This document shows positions 24,931 through 34,122 of a stretch of DNA of 37,187 bases, piece by piece. Numbering within the stretch: position 1 is the stretch's first letter; each line of letters opens with the position of its first letter. The position numbers and the translations under genes were made by a program. Source of the DNA: a virus (lineage: Duplodnaviria > Caudoviricetes); IMG/VR virus record IMGVR_UViG_3300032274_000766, positions 1-37,187 of that record; one strand, 5' to 3'. Under the pieces are notes generated by a model that worked only from the letters and a program-made list of their open reading frames with translations, did no database searches and had not been told where the DNA came from.

Positions 24931-24992
24931 GATCTAAATATACGCCATTGGCGTACTTAGATCAAGAAAAAAAGTAAATCATTGGCGTATAT
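24930..24992 (-). promoter_or_regulatory. higBA promoter with palindromic operator
   Basis: Minus strand TTGATC-17 nt-TATATT-6 nt-ATG; palindrome TACGCCATTGGCGTA (24941-24955) flanked by TGATCTAA/TTAGATCA; second CATTGGCGTA at 24980-24989. Confidence 0.7.
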
Positions 24993-25010
24993 TATTTAGG
25001 AGGATTTTTA

Positions 25011-25298
25011 TTATGAATGAGGGTTTGTCACACCAGGCTGTTCGGAAGGAACCGCCGCGCCCGTTTGTTGCTGAAGCTGGGCAAGCAGATTCAGCAGATA
25101 CATCGCGTTCGGAATGTTCACCCAGAACTTTACATATTCGCCTTTATGGTCGAGTCCACTTATGGATACCAGGGAATCCGCCGGCGTCGATTCTCCTTGA
25201 GACATCACCCCTTCTACCTTTTCCCAGCGCAATTCCGGGGGGAAGTTAGCCAGAAACGCACGGTGGTTATATTCATCCATGTCAATTGTATCCGTCAT
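25011..25298 (-). CDS. Hypothetical protein (95 aa)
   Basis: Strong AAGGAGG RBS; protein-like composition. Confidence 0.7.
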   Translation of the reverse strand: MTDTIDMDEYNHRAFLANFPPELRWEKVEGVMSQGESTPADSLVSISGLDHKGEYVKFWVNIPNAMYLLNLLAQLQQQTGAAVPSEQPGVTNPHS

Positions 25299-25355
25299 TG
25301 TTTCCTCCTTTTGGTTGTGAAGGGGGAGGATGGCAGAAACGGTAACGAGAGTCGA

Positions 25356-25592
25356 TCAGGAGGATTTTTTCAGGCGGACACCGGGGCCGGAACCGTTCTC
25401 GGCGATGAACTCAACCCCGGCGGCTTCGAGGGCGGTTTGGATGGCGGCGAGTGTGCTGTTGTGAGGAGAGCGGGCATCAGATTCAAAATCAGCGATTGTC
25501 CGCTTGGCGACCTTTGACCCAGCCGTGAGGTTATCACGAGACCAATTAAGAAGGGCGCGAGCAGCGCGGCACTGTGAAGGCGTTATAGACAT
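25356..25592 (-). CDS. Small XRE-family HTH regulator
   Basis: ITPSQCRAARALLNWS...L......V..RTIADFE...R.P...TL.AI..ALE.AGVEFI.ENG.GPGVRL. Confidence 0.9.
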   Translation of the reverse strand: MSITPSQCRAARALLNWSRDNLTAGSKVAKRTIADFESDARSPHNSTLAAIQTALEAAGVEFIAENGSGPGVRLKKSS

Positions 25593-25619
25593 AAATAAAT
25601 CCAAATTGCTTCTTTTGCG

Positions 25620-25650
25620 TTGACAATTATGTAATTGTTGCCTTTAATAC
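25620..25650 (+). promoter_or_regulatory. Promoter for the BRO gene overlapped by a near-palindromic operator
   Basis: TTGACA 25620-25625, AT-rich -10 region 25643-25650; ACAATTATGTAATTGT at 25623-25638. Confidence 0.55.
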
Positions 25651-25685
25651 GCATAAGTTACCCTTTTGAAGTGGATTTAGCAACA

Positions 25686-26405
25686 ATGCAAACACAGACA
25701 TCCAGTTTGGTTCCGACATTAATGACCCTCGATTTTGAGGGTGATGCGGTTCGGATTGACCCACGGGACGGTGAGCCATGGTTTGTTGCAAAAGATATTT
25801 GCCGGTGTTTGGAAATAGATAATCCGAGCGATGCCCTTAAACGACTTGATGAGGATGAGGTTACCCTAGGTTCAATCGAGGGGAACCATCGTCAGATTAA
25901 TCTAATCAACGAACCTGGGATGTATTCCTTGATTCTTGGTAGCCGCAAGAAATCGGCGAAAAAGTTCAAGCGCTGGGTGACCCATGAAGTCTTGCCGACG
26001 ATCCGGCGGACCGGGTCTTACGGTGTGGCGGGGTTCGACATGGAACAGGAAGCCGATGACACCCGGCTTTATTTGAACCTGGTCAACGAATGCCGTCGTA
26101 CCTTCGGGCGGGCGGCGTCGCAGCGCATGTGGCGGTTGCTGCCTTTGCCGCAGGTCGATGATGGTCCGCGACAGATTGCCGTTGGCGATCACGCCATCGA
26201 CAGGTTTATGGACGAACGGACCGAGACTGGCGAGAATTTCAAATCTCGCGCCTCGGACCTGTACGCCGCCTACGCCGACTGGTGCGCAAAAAATGGAACG
26301 GCTTCGGCAAGCCTGACGGCATTTGGCCGGGCGCTGGGCGAGCGCTACGTCAAGAACAAAGGCAACGGAGGATTTATCTGGTACGAGGGGGTGACCCTGA
26401 CATGA
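25686..26405 (+). CDS. BRO-N (antirepressor-like) protein fused to a D5/P4-type C-terminal winged helix
   Basis: F.G..VRI...DGEPWFVAKDIC..L.I.N...AL.RLDEDE, INEPGMYSLIL.SRK..AKKFKRWVTHEVLPTIRRTGSY; C-terminus aligns by eye with the C-terminus of the 8347 helicase. Confidence 0.85.
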   Translation: MQTQTSSLVPTLMTLDFEGDAVRIDPRDGEPWFVAKDICRCLEIDNPSDALKRLDEDEVTLGSIEGNHRQINLINEPGMYSLILGSRKKSAKKFKRWVTHEVLPTIRRTGSYGVAGFDMEQEADDTRLYLNLVNECRRTFGRAASQRMWRLLPLPQVDDGPRQIAVGDHAIDRFMDERTETGENFKSRASDLYAAYADWCAKNGTASASLTAFGRALGERYVKNKGNGGFIWYEGVTLT

Positions 26406-26656
26406 CGGCGCTGTTGGAAAGCGAAGTGACGCGGGGCGGTATCGCGGCGTTTCTGGAAATGACTGGCGATGAGTTCGAGCCCGTAGCCGGATATGAAAAG
26501 GGCGGTGACATGTTTTTACCGTCGCCGATGATCGAAAGTCGAGACGTGGGCGCATACGCGGGGAAAAATTTGTGGTGGGTAGGAATCAGATTAAAAAAAC
26601 ATCCGGACTTGCTGATGTCCGTCGCCCGCCGAGAGTTGCGGCTGCCGGTGCTGTAA
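26402..26656 (+). CDS. Hypothetical protein
   Basis: ATGA overlap with the BRO gene; GAGGGG RBS. Confidence 0.6.
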   Translation: MTALLESEVTRGGIAAFLEMTGDEFEPVAGYEKGGDMFLPSPMIESRDVGAYAGKNLWWVGIRLKKHPDLLMSVARRELRLPVL

Positions 26657-26729
26657 TAGTCCTTCAAGGAGGGCGAGGGCGGACCGTAAGAGACGCCTCC
26701 CCCGGCAGCCGTTTGTTAAGTTGAAAGGT

Positions 26730-27596
26730 TCATCCCTCGTCTTGGGGTAATTTTATACTTTCGAGATAAGCAGATGGTTGACCGTGTTCAATCCATTCGA
26801 GAAGGCCGTGCAAGACCGGGATTAATTCACCCGTTTTTGCGTCAATGGCTTCTTCGATGTTGTAGATGTTAAAAAATCTTGGCGCTTTTCGAAGATGGCA
26901 ATATGCCTGAATATATTTTGGGTATTTCTCACCGTGTAGCGCCTTGACGGTAATGGGACGCTGTGTTTCGTTATCGTCTTTATCGAAGTAGCAAAGTATC
27001 CAATTAAGGTCGAGGCCATCTAACAGGACAGGGCCTGGATCAAACTTGAAAGGTTTGGAATCGTTTTCTTCATCATCGAAGTCTTCATCATCGTCGTCAT
27101 CCCAGTCGTCCAAGTCTAATCCCTTGACCTCGATTTTGAAATTTAGGCTATCGACAAAGGCTTCATTATCTATCTCTACATCGCCGTCTTCGGTGATAGA
27201 GGCATATTCGGCGGACATTAACGGCATATCGCAGTGCGGGCAGGTGTCCTGTCCGGCATAGGTTTCCTTGTTGCAAGCAGCGCAGGTGATGATGTCTGTC
27301 TGGTTGGTGGCGGACTTTTTGGCGCTAGGGCCGCTCGGAACTACGGTTTTAGTGAACTCGTGACCGCAATGGCGGCAGATGCGGGCGTCTGGTTGGACTT
27401 GTTCGGCGCAATCAGGGCATTTTTTTGAAATTTCGGCGGTTGGTTCTTCCTTGATTGTGGGAAGGGCGAACAGGACCAGTATTGCAATTGGCAGCAGTAG
27501 ACAAATGGTTGCCCATCCGGCAGCGCTGCGATTTTTGCCGCTGGCGACAGCGCCGCCAAGAACAGCTGCGGCGACCCAAATAATAATATATTCCAT
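26730..27596 (-). CDS. Membrane protein with two zinc ribbons, acidic linker and C-terminal WYL-like domain
   Basis: GGAGG RBS, start MEYIIIW; 2 TM helices (..VASGKNRS..GW..); CPDC/CRHC and CAAC/CPHC; DDWDDDDDEDFDDEE; Y.DKD...T.R.I....YIQAYCHLRKAPR.F. Confidence 0.75.
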   Translation of the reverse strand: MEYIIIWVAAAVLGGAVASGKNRSAAGWATICLLLPIAILVLFALPTIKEEPTAEISKKCPDCAEQVQPDARICRHCGHEFTKTVVPSGPSAKKSATNQTDIITCAACNKETYAGQDTCPHCDMPLMSAEYASITEDGDVEIDNEAFVDSLNFKIEVKGLDLDDWDDDDDEDFDDEENDSKPFKFDPGPVLLDGLDLNWILCYFDKDDNETQRPITVKALHGEKYPKYIQAYCHLRKAPRFFNIYNIEEAIDAKTGELIPVLHGLLEWIEHGQPSAYLESIKLPQDEG

Positions 27597-27676
27597 TTGC
27601 TGACCTCCCGGCGGTGAGTGAAACACAAGATAACCGGGTGTGACAACCCCTTCATAACAACTTGAACGGTAGGCTG

Positions 27677-30600
27677 ATGGCAAAGAATCAGGAGACGGTC
27701 TCTATTCGGATCGCAATCGAGCGGGCACAGAAGGCGACAGCCGATCTGAAAAAGTTCGGTACGGCTGGACAGGCGGCGCTTGAAAAACTTGAATACGCGG
27801 CAAAAAAACCAACGAAGGCGCTGGGTGCGCTCGACAAGAGCATCGCCGGTTCGACCGGTAAATTGCGGCGTATGGGGCAAGTCGCCTCCGTCATTGACGG
27901 GCCGCTTGGTGGTGTAGCCTCGCGTTTTTCCGGTATGGCTTCCTTAATAACCGGTGCCGGTCTGGCTGCGGCGGGATTCGCACTAACAATCGGCGGTGTT
28001 GTTTGGGGTTTGAAAAAAGGACTTGAAGCATTTTCCGGATTTGAACGGTCAATGTTTAAGACCGAAGCGTTGCTTAAAAGTACGGGTTATGCGAGCGGTT
28101 TAACAGCGGGCCAGATTGATACTTTGGCTATTTCAGTCGGGCGTGGCACGTTAGCTAGCGTTGAAGGTGCCCGCAAGGCGGCTGGAGAATTGCTGACTTT
28201 TAAGTCGGTCTCCGGCGATGTGTTTAAGAAAACCCTGTATTTGGCGCAGGACTTGGCGGCTTCCGGTTTCGGAACGCTGGAAACCAACACAATCCAGCTT
28301 GGCAAAGCGCTGGAAGATCCGATTTTAGGGTTGACGGCGTTGCGCCGGGTCGGTGTCAGTTTCACCGACCAACAGCGTGACATGATTAAGACTATGGTCG
28401 AAGTTGGAAATGTCGCAGGTGCACAGGCAAAAATCCTAAAAATTCTTGAAAATCAGGTCGGTGGGGCGGGGCTGGCAGAGGCCAAGGGCTTGGCTGGTTC
28501 TTTTGATACGCTTTCGGAGAACGTCGGATTGTTTTTCGAGGCCGTGGGCAGCGCCGAAGGGACAGCGGTGCAACGGTTTTTCGCCGACCTGGCTAAAAAT
28601 GTCGAATCCACCACGTACAATTTGTTCCCGCCGCTGATTGAGGAAGCCCGGCGCTTAAAGATTGAGATTGCCGCCCTGGAAGATCAAGCCAGGAAGGCAC
28701 CATCCATGGACGAACTGGTCGGAGTTCTTGGCGCGGCTGATATCGCCAGCGAGGGGCTGATGGAAAAAGCCCTGCAACGGCGACTGCGGCTGAGGGAAAT
28801 AGAATTAAGCTTGGGCGAAAAACACCGCGAAAGAGAAAACGCGGTCAGGATGTCCGATTTTGCGCAGACCAACCGCACCGCCGAAGCGCAGTCGGCGCTT
28901 AAGGAAAAAGCCGCGAAAAAATGGGCCAAGGTTCTGTTTACCGTAGAAAGGCAGAGCAAGAAACTTCGCACCGCCGAGGCTAAAAAATCCGCCTCTGACC
29001 TGGTTGCGGCGGAACGCAAGGCCGCTTCGGAGCGGGCCAGCGCTCGCAAAAGCGGGCTGGCGAAGCTGTCCGGGATGGAAGAGCGTGCGGCGCAGGCGAC
29101 GTTATCGAAGCTGGATTTCCTCAAACGCGCCAAGCTGACCGATGAGAACGCAATTGATTCCTTACGCAAAAAGGGCCTGATTTCCGAAACCGAACTTCTG
29201 AAAGCGTCAAGCAGCGTCAACGCCTTTTACGGCAAGAAAATTCTTGATGAGCGGGCGAAGATTGCCGAGGAAACCTTCGGCGGCCAGGCATCAAAACAGG
29301 TGGCGTCCTATTTCGAGGAAATCAACAACGGCGGCAAGCGGTCCGGCGCGTTCCTGGTTACCGCGTTCAAGTCGGTCGAGGATTCACTGGCGCAGTTCTT
29401 CATGGGCTCTAAGGTCACGTTCCGCGATTTTATGACATCGATCAAGGCCGGGCTGGCGCGGCTGGCCGCGCAGGACGTTATTTCCGGCATCGGTTCGGCG
29501 CTTGGCATCGGTTCATCATCGGCACCCGGCGGCGGTTCGATCATCGGCAGTTTTATTTCCGGGGCCGGTAGTTTTATTTCCAGCCTGTTCGCCGAAGGTG
29601 GGCAGGTCAGCGGACCCGGTACCGGCACGTCGGACAGCATCGTGGCGCGGCTTTCCGACGGTGAATTCATCGTCAACGCGGCGGCCACCCAACGCCACTT
29701 GCCTTTGCTTCACGCCATAAACGACAACAACCGCTACGCCACCGGCGGCCTGGTCGCAAACGACACCCTGCCGCGCTTTTCGCTGGGCGGCCCGGCGGGT
29801 GGCGGGGCCGGTTTTGGACATGGCGCGCCGGGCCTTGACGGTTCTGCTGGTCAACGTGGCTTCAGTCAGGGGCGGGCCGACAGGGAAAACGCTGCGGGTC
29901 ATGGATTTACCGGCGGTGCGGATGGCCGTGGTGGTTCGGGTTCCGGTGCTGGTTCTGCTGCTGCAGTGGACACGCGCGGGTTTTGGGACCGGATTGCCGA
30001 CTTTTTCAGCGGTCCGACCAGCATTTCACCGGCGGGTGCGTTTGAAACCCCGGCGATGGCATCGATCAAGGGCTATGTCAGCGAAACAGGGTTTCTGGGT
30101 TCGTCCGCCGCCGGGGCGGGCCTGGGCATTCTTGGCGCGTTGCTTGGGGGCATTCCGGGGCTGGCTTTTTCGGCGTTGGGCAATTTGACCCGCGCCGCGC
30201 AGACCGGTGGATTGGCGCAGGGAACGGGGATCGGCGGGGCGGCTTACGACCTGTTCACCGGGCGCAGGACGATGGCGGGCATTGTCGGCAACCTGACCGG
30301 CAAGTTCGGCGGCGGTACGGCGTTGGCAAGTTCCGGTTTTGGGCGTTCGGGCGGCGATGCGGTGTTCGGGGTCAATGACAATTCGGCGAGCAGGGCCGAT
30401 GGGTTCCGCACCGACGCGGCGGGCTTGCTGGGTGATTTCGGCGCGCAGCTTGCCAATAATTATCGCGGTGTTGAAAGCACCGGGTTAAGTGTCATGCGCG
30501 GGCTTAAGCACGGTGGGCGTTTTACTGCTGGCGAGAATTTTGTAGTCGGCGAGGATGGCCCGGAAATCTTACGGCAAGACCGCCCCGGCACAATCACACC

Positions 30601-30790
30601 CATGGCGCAAGCCGTCGGCGGAAACGACAACCGCGAACTGGTTGACCTGGTGGCTCAACTGCTTGAAGAAACCCGCCAGACCCGCCGGGAGACGGCCCGC
30701 GCCATGGACCAGATGGCGTCGTTCGCATCAAGCCACGCGACAAGTGCGGCGGTGCGCAAGACCACCAGCGGCCTGAGTTCGGCTGCTTAA
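27677..30790 (+). CDS. Tail tape measure protein
   Basis: About 1037 aa, Ala/Gly-rich helical; QLGKALEDPI.GLTAL.R.GV.FT, FAEGG.V.GPGTGTSDSI.ARLSDGEF.VNA, VGEDGPE. Confidence 0.92.
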   Translation: MAKNQETVSIRIAIERAQKATADLKKFGTAGQAALEKLEYAAKKPTKALGALDKSIAGSTGKLRRMGQVASVIDGPLGGVASRFSGMASLITGAGLAAAGFALTIGGVVWGLKKGLEAFSGFERSMFKTEALLKSTGYASGLTAGQIDTLAISVGRGTLASVEGARKAAGELLTFKSVSGDVFKKTLYLAQDLAASGFGTLETNTIQLGKALEDPILGLTALRRVGVSFTDQQRDMIKTMVEVGNVAGAQAKILKILENQVGGAGLAEAKGLAGSFDTLSENVGLFFEAVGSAEGTAVQRFFADLAKNVESTTYNLFPPLIEEARRLKIEIAALEDQARKAPSMDELVGVLGAADIASEGLMEKALQRRLRLREIELSLGEKHRERENAVRMSDFAQTNRTAEAQSALKEKAAKKWAKVLFTVERQSKKLRTAEAKKSASDLVAAERKAASERASARKSGLAKLSGMEERAAQATLSKLDFLKRAKLTDENAIDSLRKKGLISETELLKASSSVNAFYGKKILDERAKIAEETFGGQASKQVASYFEEINNGGKRSGAFLVTAFKSVEDSLAQFFMGSKVTFRDFMTSIKAGLARLAAQDVISGIGSALGIGSSSAPGGGSIIGSFISGAGSFISSLFAEGGQVSGPGTGTSDSIVARLSDGEFIVNAAATQRHLPLLHAINDNNRYATGGLVANDTLPRFSLGGPAGGGAGFGHGAPGLDGSAGQRGFSQGRADRENAAGHGFTGGADGRGGSGSGAGSAAAVDTRGFWDRIADFFSGPTSISPAGAFETPAMASIKGYVSETGFLGSSAAGAGLGILGALLGGIPGLAFSALGNLTRAAQTGGLAQGTGIGGAAYDLFTGRRTMAGIVGNLTGKFGGGTALASSGFGRSGGDAVFGVNDNSASRADGFRTDAAGLLGDFGAQLANNYRGVESTGLSVMRGLKHGGRFTAGENFVVGEDGPEILRQDRPGTITPMAQAVGGNDNRELVDLVAQLLEETRQTRRETARAMDQMASFASSHATSAAVRKTTSGLSSAA

Positions 30791-30791
30791 G

Positions 30792-32306
30792 ATGACAGTT
30801 TTCGACGACCCCAACGCGCGGCGGGTGTTTACCGCCGAAATAAAGCCTTACGACACGGCGACATCGGCGCTGACCACGCTGTACGTTTCCACCGAGGGCT
30901 TTACGACGGCATCAAGCGACACCCCGGCTGATACTTATTTCGAGCCGATTTTATCCAGCAAGCTGGTTTTCCAGCGTTCCATGTACCGCCCCGGTGCGGT
31001 GGGCGGGCGCTCGCTTCCCGGTCGCGGCAACCTGGTGCTGGTCAACACCGGGCAGTTCGATGCCTGGTTGGCGCTGCACTTCGATGGCCGCCAGGTGACA
31101 ATCAAGGCCGGGGTTAGCGGCGATGCATATTCAACCTTTCAAACGGTGTTTGAAGGCTTTTGCGGCGAGGCCGGGTTCGGGCGCAACGAAATACATTTGC
31201 CGCTGTTGGACAAGCGCGAAAAGCTGGACAAGGTGCTGCAGGAAACCCTTTTCGCTGGCACCGGCGGGGTCGAGGGTGGCGACGATCTGAAATCGAAACC
31301 GAAGCCGGTGTGTTTTGGAAAATGTTTTAATTTGAAGCCTGTTGAGGTCGACGCGACGAACCGGATTCATCAGGTCAATAATGGCCAGATTGAAGCCATC
31401 GACGCGGTTTACGACAACGGCAAGCTGTTGGTGCTGACGACGGATTACACGGTTGACCTGGTTAACGGGCGCTTCACGCTGGTGGCCGCATCGACCGGGC
31501 TTATCACGGCGGATGTGCAGGGCGACAAGGCGGGCGGGGTGTACGTTTCATCTGCTGCCGATATCATGGAACGGCTGGTCGTGACGTTTGGCGGGCTTGC
31601 CACGCCTGCCGACCTGGACACCGCGTCGTTTACGGCGCTGAACGTGCTAACCACGGCGGCGCTGGGGTTTTATTCCGGCACGGCGGCGCGCAATTTGCTC
31701 GACGTGCTGGATGAAATTGTCGCCTCCATCGGTGGCTTTTACGGGTTCACCCGCGCCGGTCTGTTTTCGGTCGGGCGCTTTGAAGCCCCCGGCGGCACAC
31801 CGGCGCTGTACCTGACCGAAAGCGACCTGACCAAGGATTCACTTGGCCGGGAAAGCTACGGCCCGCCCGCGTGGCGGCGGCGCATCGGTTACGGGCGGTC
31901 CTGGACCGTGCAACTGCCCGACCAGATGGACGTGTTGGCAACGGCTGCGCATAAATCGTTTGTGGCCGAAGAATTTCGCGTCGCCTCGGATGAGGACACA
32001 ACCGTCAAGGCCGACGGGGTTGGTAACGGCGGCTATAAAAACGCCATCGACCCGGAACCACTGGCCACCCTGCTGGCCCTGAAAGCAGACGCAGAGAGCG
32101 AGGCGACCAGACGACTGACTTTATATAAAACCCGGCGCGAGAATTTTAACGCCGTAGCGAAGACACAACCCTTCGCCATCGACCTTGGTGATGTCGTCAA
32201 TTTGAGTCATGCCCGGTTTGGCTTGGCCGGCGGGCGCGACCTGATCGTCGTCGGCTTCAAGGAATTCGCCGCGCTCGGTGAAGTCACTCTGGATTTGTGG
32301 GGCTAA
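30792..32306 (+). CDS. Tail tip / hub protein
   Basis: Follows TMP; F.GTGG.EG..DLK.KPKP..FG...N..PV, VYD.G, G.ITAD..G, LGDVV.L.H.RFGL..G. Confidence 0.7.
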   Translation: MTVFDDPNARRVFTAEIKPYDTATSALTTLYVSTEGFTTASSDTPADTYFEPILSSKLVFQRSMYRPGAVGGRSLPGRGNLVLVNTGQFDAWLALHFDGRQVTIKAGVSGDAYSTFQTVFEGFCGEAGFGRNEIHLPLLDKREKLDKVLQETLFAGTGGVEGGDDLKSKPKPVCFGKCFNLKPVEVDATNRIHQVNNGQIEAIDAVYDNGKLLVLTTDYTVDLVNGRFTLVAASTGLITADVQGDKAGGVYVSSAADIMERLVVTFGGLATPADLDTASFTALNVLTTAALGFYSGTAARNLLDVLDEIVASIGGFYGFTRAGLFSVGRFEAPGGTPALYLTESDLTKDSLGRESYGPPAWRRRIGYGRSWTVQLPDQMDVLATAAHKSFVAEEFRVASDEDTTVKADGVGNGGYKNAIDPEPLATLLALKADAESEATRRLTLYKTRRENFNAVAKTQPFAIDLGDVVNLSHARFGLAGGRDLIVVGFKEFAALGEVTLDLWG

Positions 32307-32308
32307 GA

Positions 32309-33169
32309 ATGACCGAAAAGGTATTGATCCTGCACGACAACAAGATAGACGCGGCGACCATGGCCGCATCAAGCACGGCGGGAACGCTTGGCCCTGATAA
32401 TTTACGGGACAGGGCGCTAAAGAAAACCGCGCGCACGACGGGCGTCACTGGTGAATGGTGGCGCGCCGGATTTGGCGAGGCGACGACAATTTCAACGGTG
32501 GCGCTGTGGAACCACAACCTGACGGCGGCGGCGACGATTAGGGTGCGGATTTCAGACAGCGCCGACATGAGTTCGCCGGTTTTCGATACGACCTTCGATG
32601 CATGGGCAGGGATATACGGCGTTGATGAGATTGGCCTGGATTTGTGTGGTCTGGACGGGACGCCAATCCTGAGCGCGCTGAACGATTTTAAATATTACCG
32701 GGTGATCAGGCTGGGCGCTTCGTACAACGGTTTATACCTGCGCGTCGATATTGATGACGCCACCAACGCCGATGGCTACATCCAGGCCGGGCGATTAATT
32801 GCCGGTGTCGGTTGGCAACCGAGCAAAAATTTTTCCAACGGCTGGTCGCTGGACTGGATTGACCCGTCGGCCCAGGTGGACATGGACGACGGCGGCATCT
32901 GGTTCGACAAGCGCGACAAATACCGGGTGTTGACCTTGCCGTTCAGCTATGCCGAAAAAGCAGACGCCATGGGCGGTTTCGACGATTTAAAACGCATCGT
33001 CGGGCATTCCCGCGACATCCTGGTGATGCCTTTTCCGGCGGCAGAAACGTCCGAACAGTACCGCACCAGTCTTTACGGAGTGCCGCTGCGAGGCGGCGTG
33101 TCGGCGATCCGCCAGGACCGCCTTAACCAGTTCGTCATCGATATGAAAATCAGGGAATTAACAGCATGA
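32309..33169 (+). CDS. Distal tail (Dit-like) protein
   Basis: HNLT..ATIR, Y.R.DI.D..N.DGYIQAGRL..G..WQP..N...GW...W.DPS; synteny. Confidence 0.6.
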   Translation: MTEKVLILHDNKIDAATMAASSTAGTLGPDNLRDRALKKTARTTGVTGEWWRAGFGEATTISTVALWNHNLTAAATIRVRISDSADMSSPVFDTTFDAWAGIYGVDEIGLDLCGLDGTPILSALNDFKYYRVIRLGASYNGLYLRVDIDDATNADGYIQAGRLIAGVGWQPSKNFSNGWSLDWIDPSAQVDMDDGGIWFDKRDKYRVLTLPFSYAEKADAMGGFDDLKRIVGHSRDILVMPFPAAETSEQYRTSLYGVPLRGGVSAIRQDRLNQFVIDMKIRELTA

Positions 33170-34122
33170 GCGCCTATGACACCGTCATCGCATGGACCCG
33201 CGGAAAAACGAGTTGGATGGCCGACCTAATCGCGCTGGCGACAAAAGCCCGCGACGACATCGCCGCCCTGACCATCGGCGGCCTGACCAACGCGCTGGTC
33301 TACGGCGCGCGCGAGACGACATCAGCCGTCGATGTGACGCTGGTTGCCGCCGATAGCCTGGTGCAGGCGGTGACCATGACGGCGGCGTCTATGGCTGTGA
33401 ATATGCCCGACGCGACAACCGATGTGGAAGGCCAGCCGTGGGTTATTTACAACGCCGGGACAATCGCCTTCGCCGTCAAGGACAATGCTGCCGGAACGAT
33501 CCTCGCAGCACTGGCACCGGGCGACACGGTCGTGGTTCGCCTGCTTGACGGGGCGACCGCCGCCGGGGCATGGGTTGCCGAAAATCATGTCCTGCAGGGC
33601 AAACACGCCATCCCGGTTATTGCCCGCTCGCTGACGCCGACAACGACATTAGGCTGCGCGGCTGTGGCCCAAGGTGAAACCACGACCAACAAGATCAATT
33701 ATGAATACCTGGCCTTTGACGCCTCGACGGAATGGCATTGCTTCGTAAAATTCCCGGCCCCGAAATCTTCCGACGAAACGGCTGGCTTTTATATTAGGAA
33801 CCTTAAATGGTCGCACCCGGCGACGACAACCAACTTTGGGGTCGTTTGGGGCTTTGCCATGCTGGCGGTTGGTAACGACGACACCCTGGAAGCGGCGCTG
33901 GGAACGGAAGTCACCGTCACCGATACGGGCGGCACGACCGAGGATATTTATTCGGCTGACGAAAGCACGGTCATCACCCCAGCGGGAACGTGGGCCGAAG
34001 GCGACGACCTATATCTTGAGGTCGCCCGTGTTGCCGCCGACGGGTCTGACACCATGGCCGTGGAGGCTTATTTACACGGCTTTGAAATCATCATCACCAC
34101 CAACGCGGGGAACGACGCATGA
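33166..34122 (+). CDS. Putative tail fibre / receptor-binding protein
   Basis: Ala/Thr/Val beta-rich; two apparent domains (..MPDATT..G....IYNAG.. and ..LAFDAST...W.H...TT.FGVVW..). Confidence 0.6.
   Translation: MSAYDTVIAWTRGKTSWMADLIALATKARDDIAALTIGGLTNALVYGARETTSAVDVTLVAADSLVQAVTMTAASMAVNMPDATTDVEGQPWVIYNAGTIAFAVKDNAAGTILAALAPGDTVVVRLLDGATAAGAWVAENHVLQGKHAIPVIARSLTPTTTLGCAAVAQGETTTNKINYEYLAFDASTEWHCFVKFPAPKSSDETAGFYIRNLKWSHPATTTNFGVVWGFAMLAVGNDDTLEAALGTEVTVTDTGGTTEDIYSADESTVITPAGTWAEGDDLYLEVARVAADGSDTMAVEAYLHGFEIIITTNAGNDA

Noticed and set aside
25593-25690. SOS (LexA) box controlling the BRO gene
   Set aside because: No alphaproteobacterial GTTC-N7-GTTC or E. coli CTG-N10-CAG motif seen in the intergenic region
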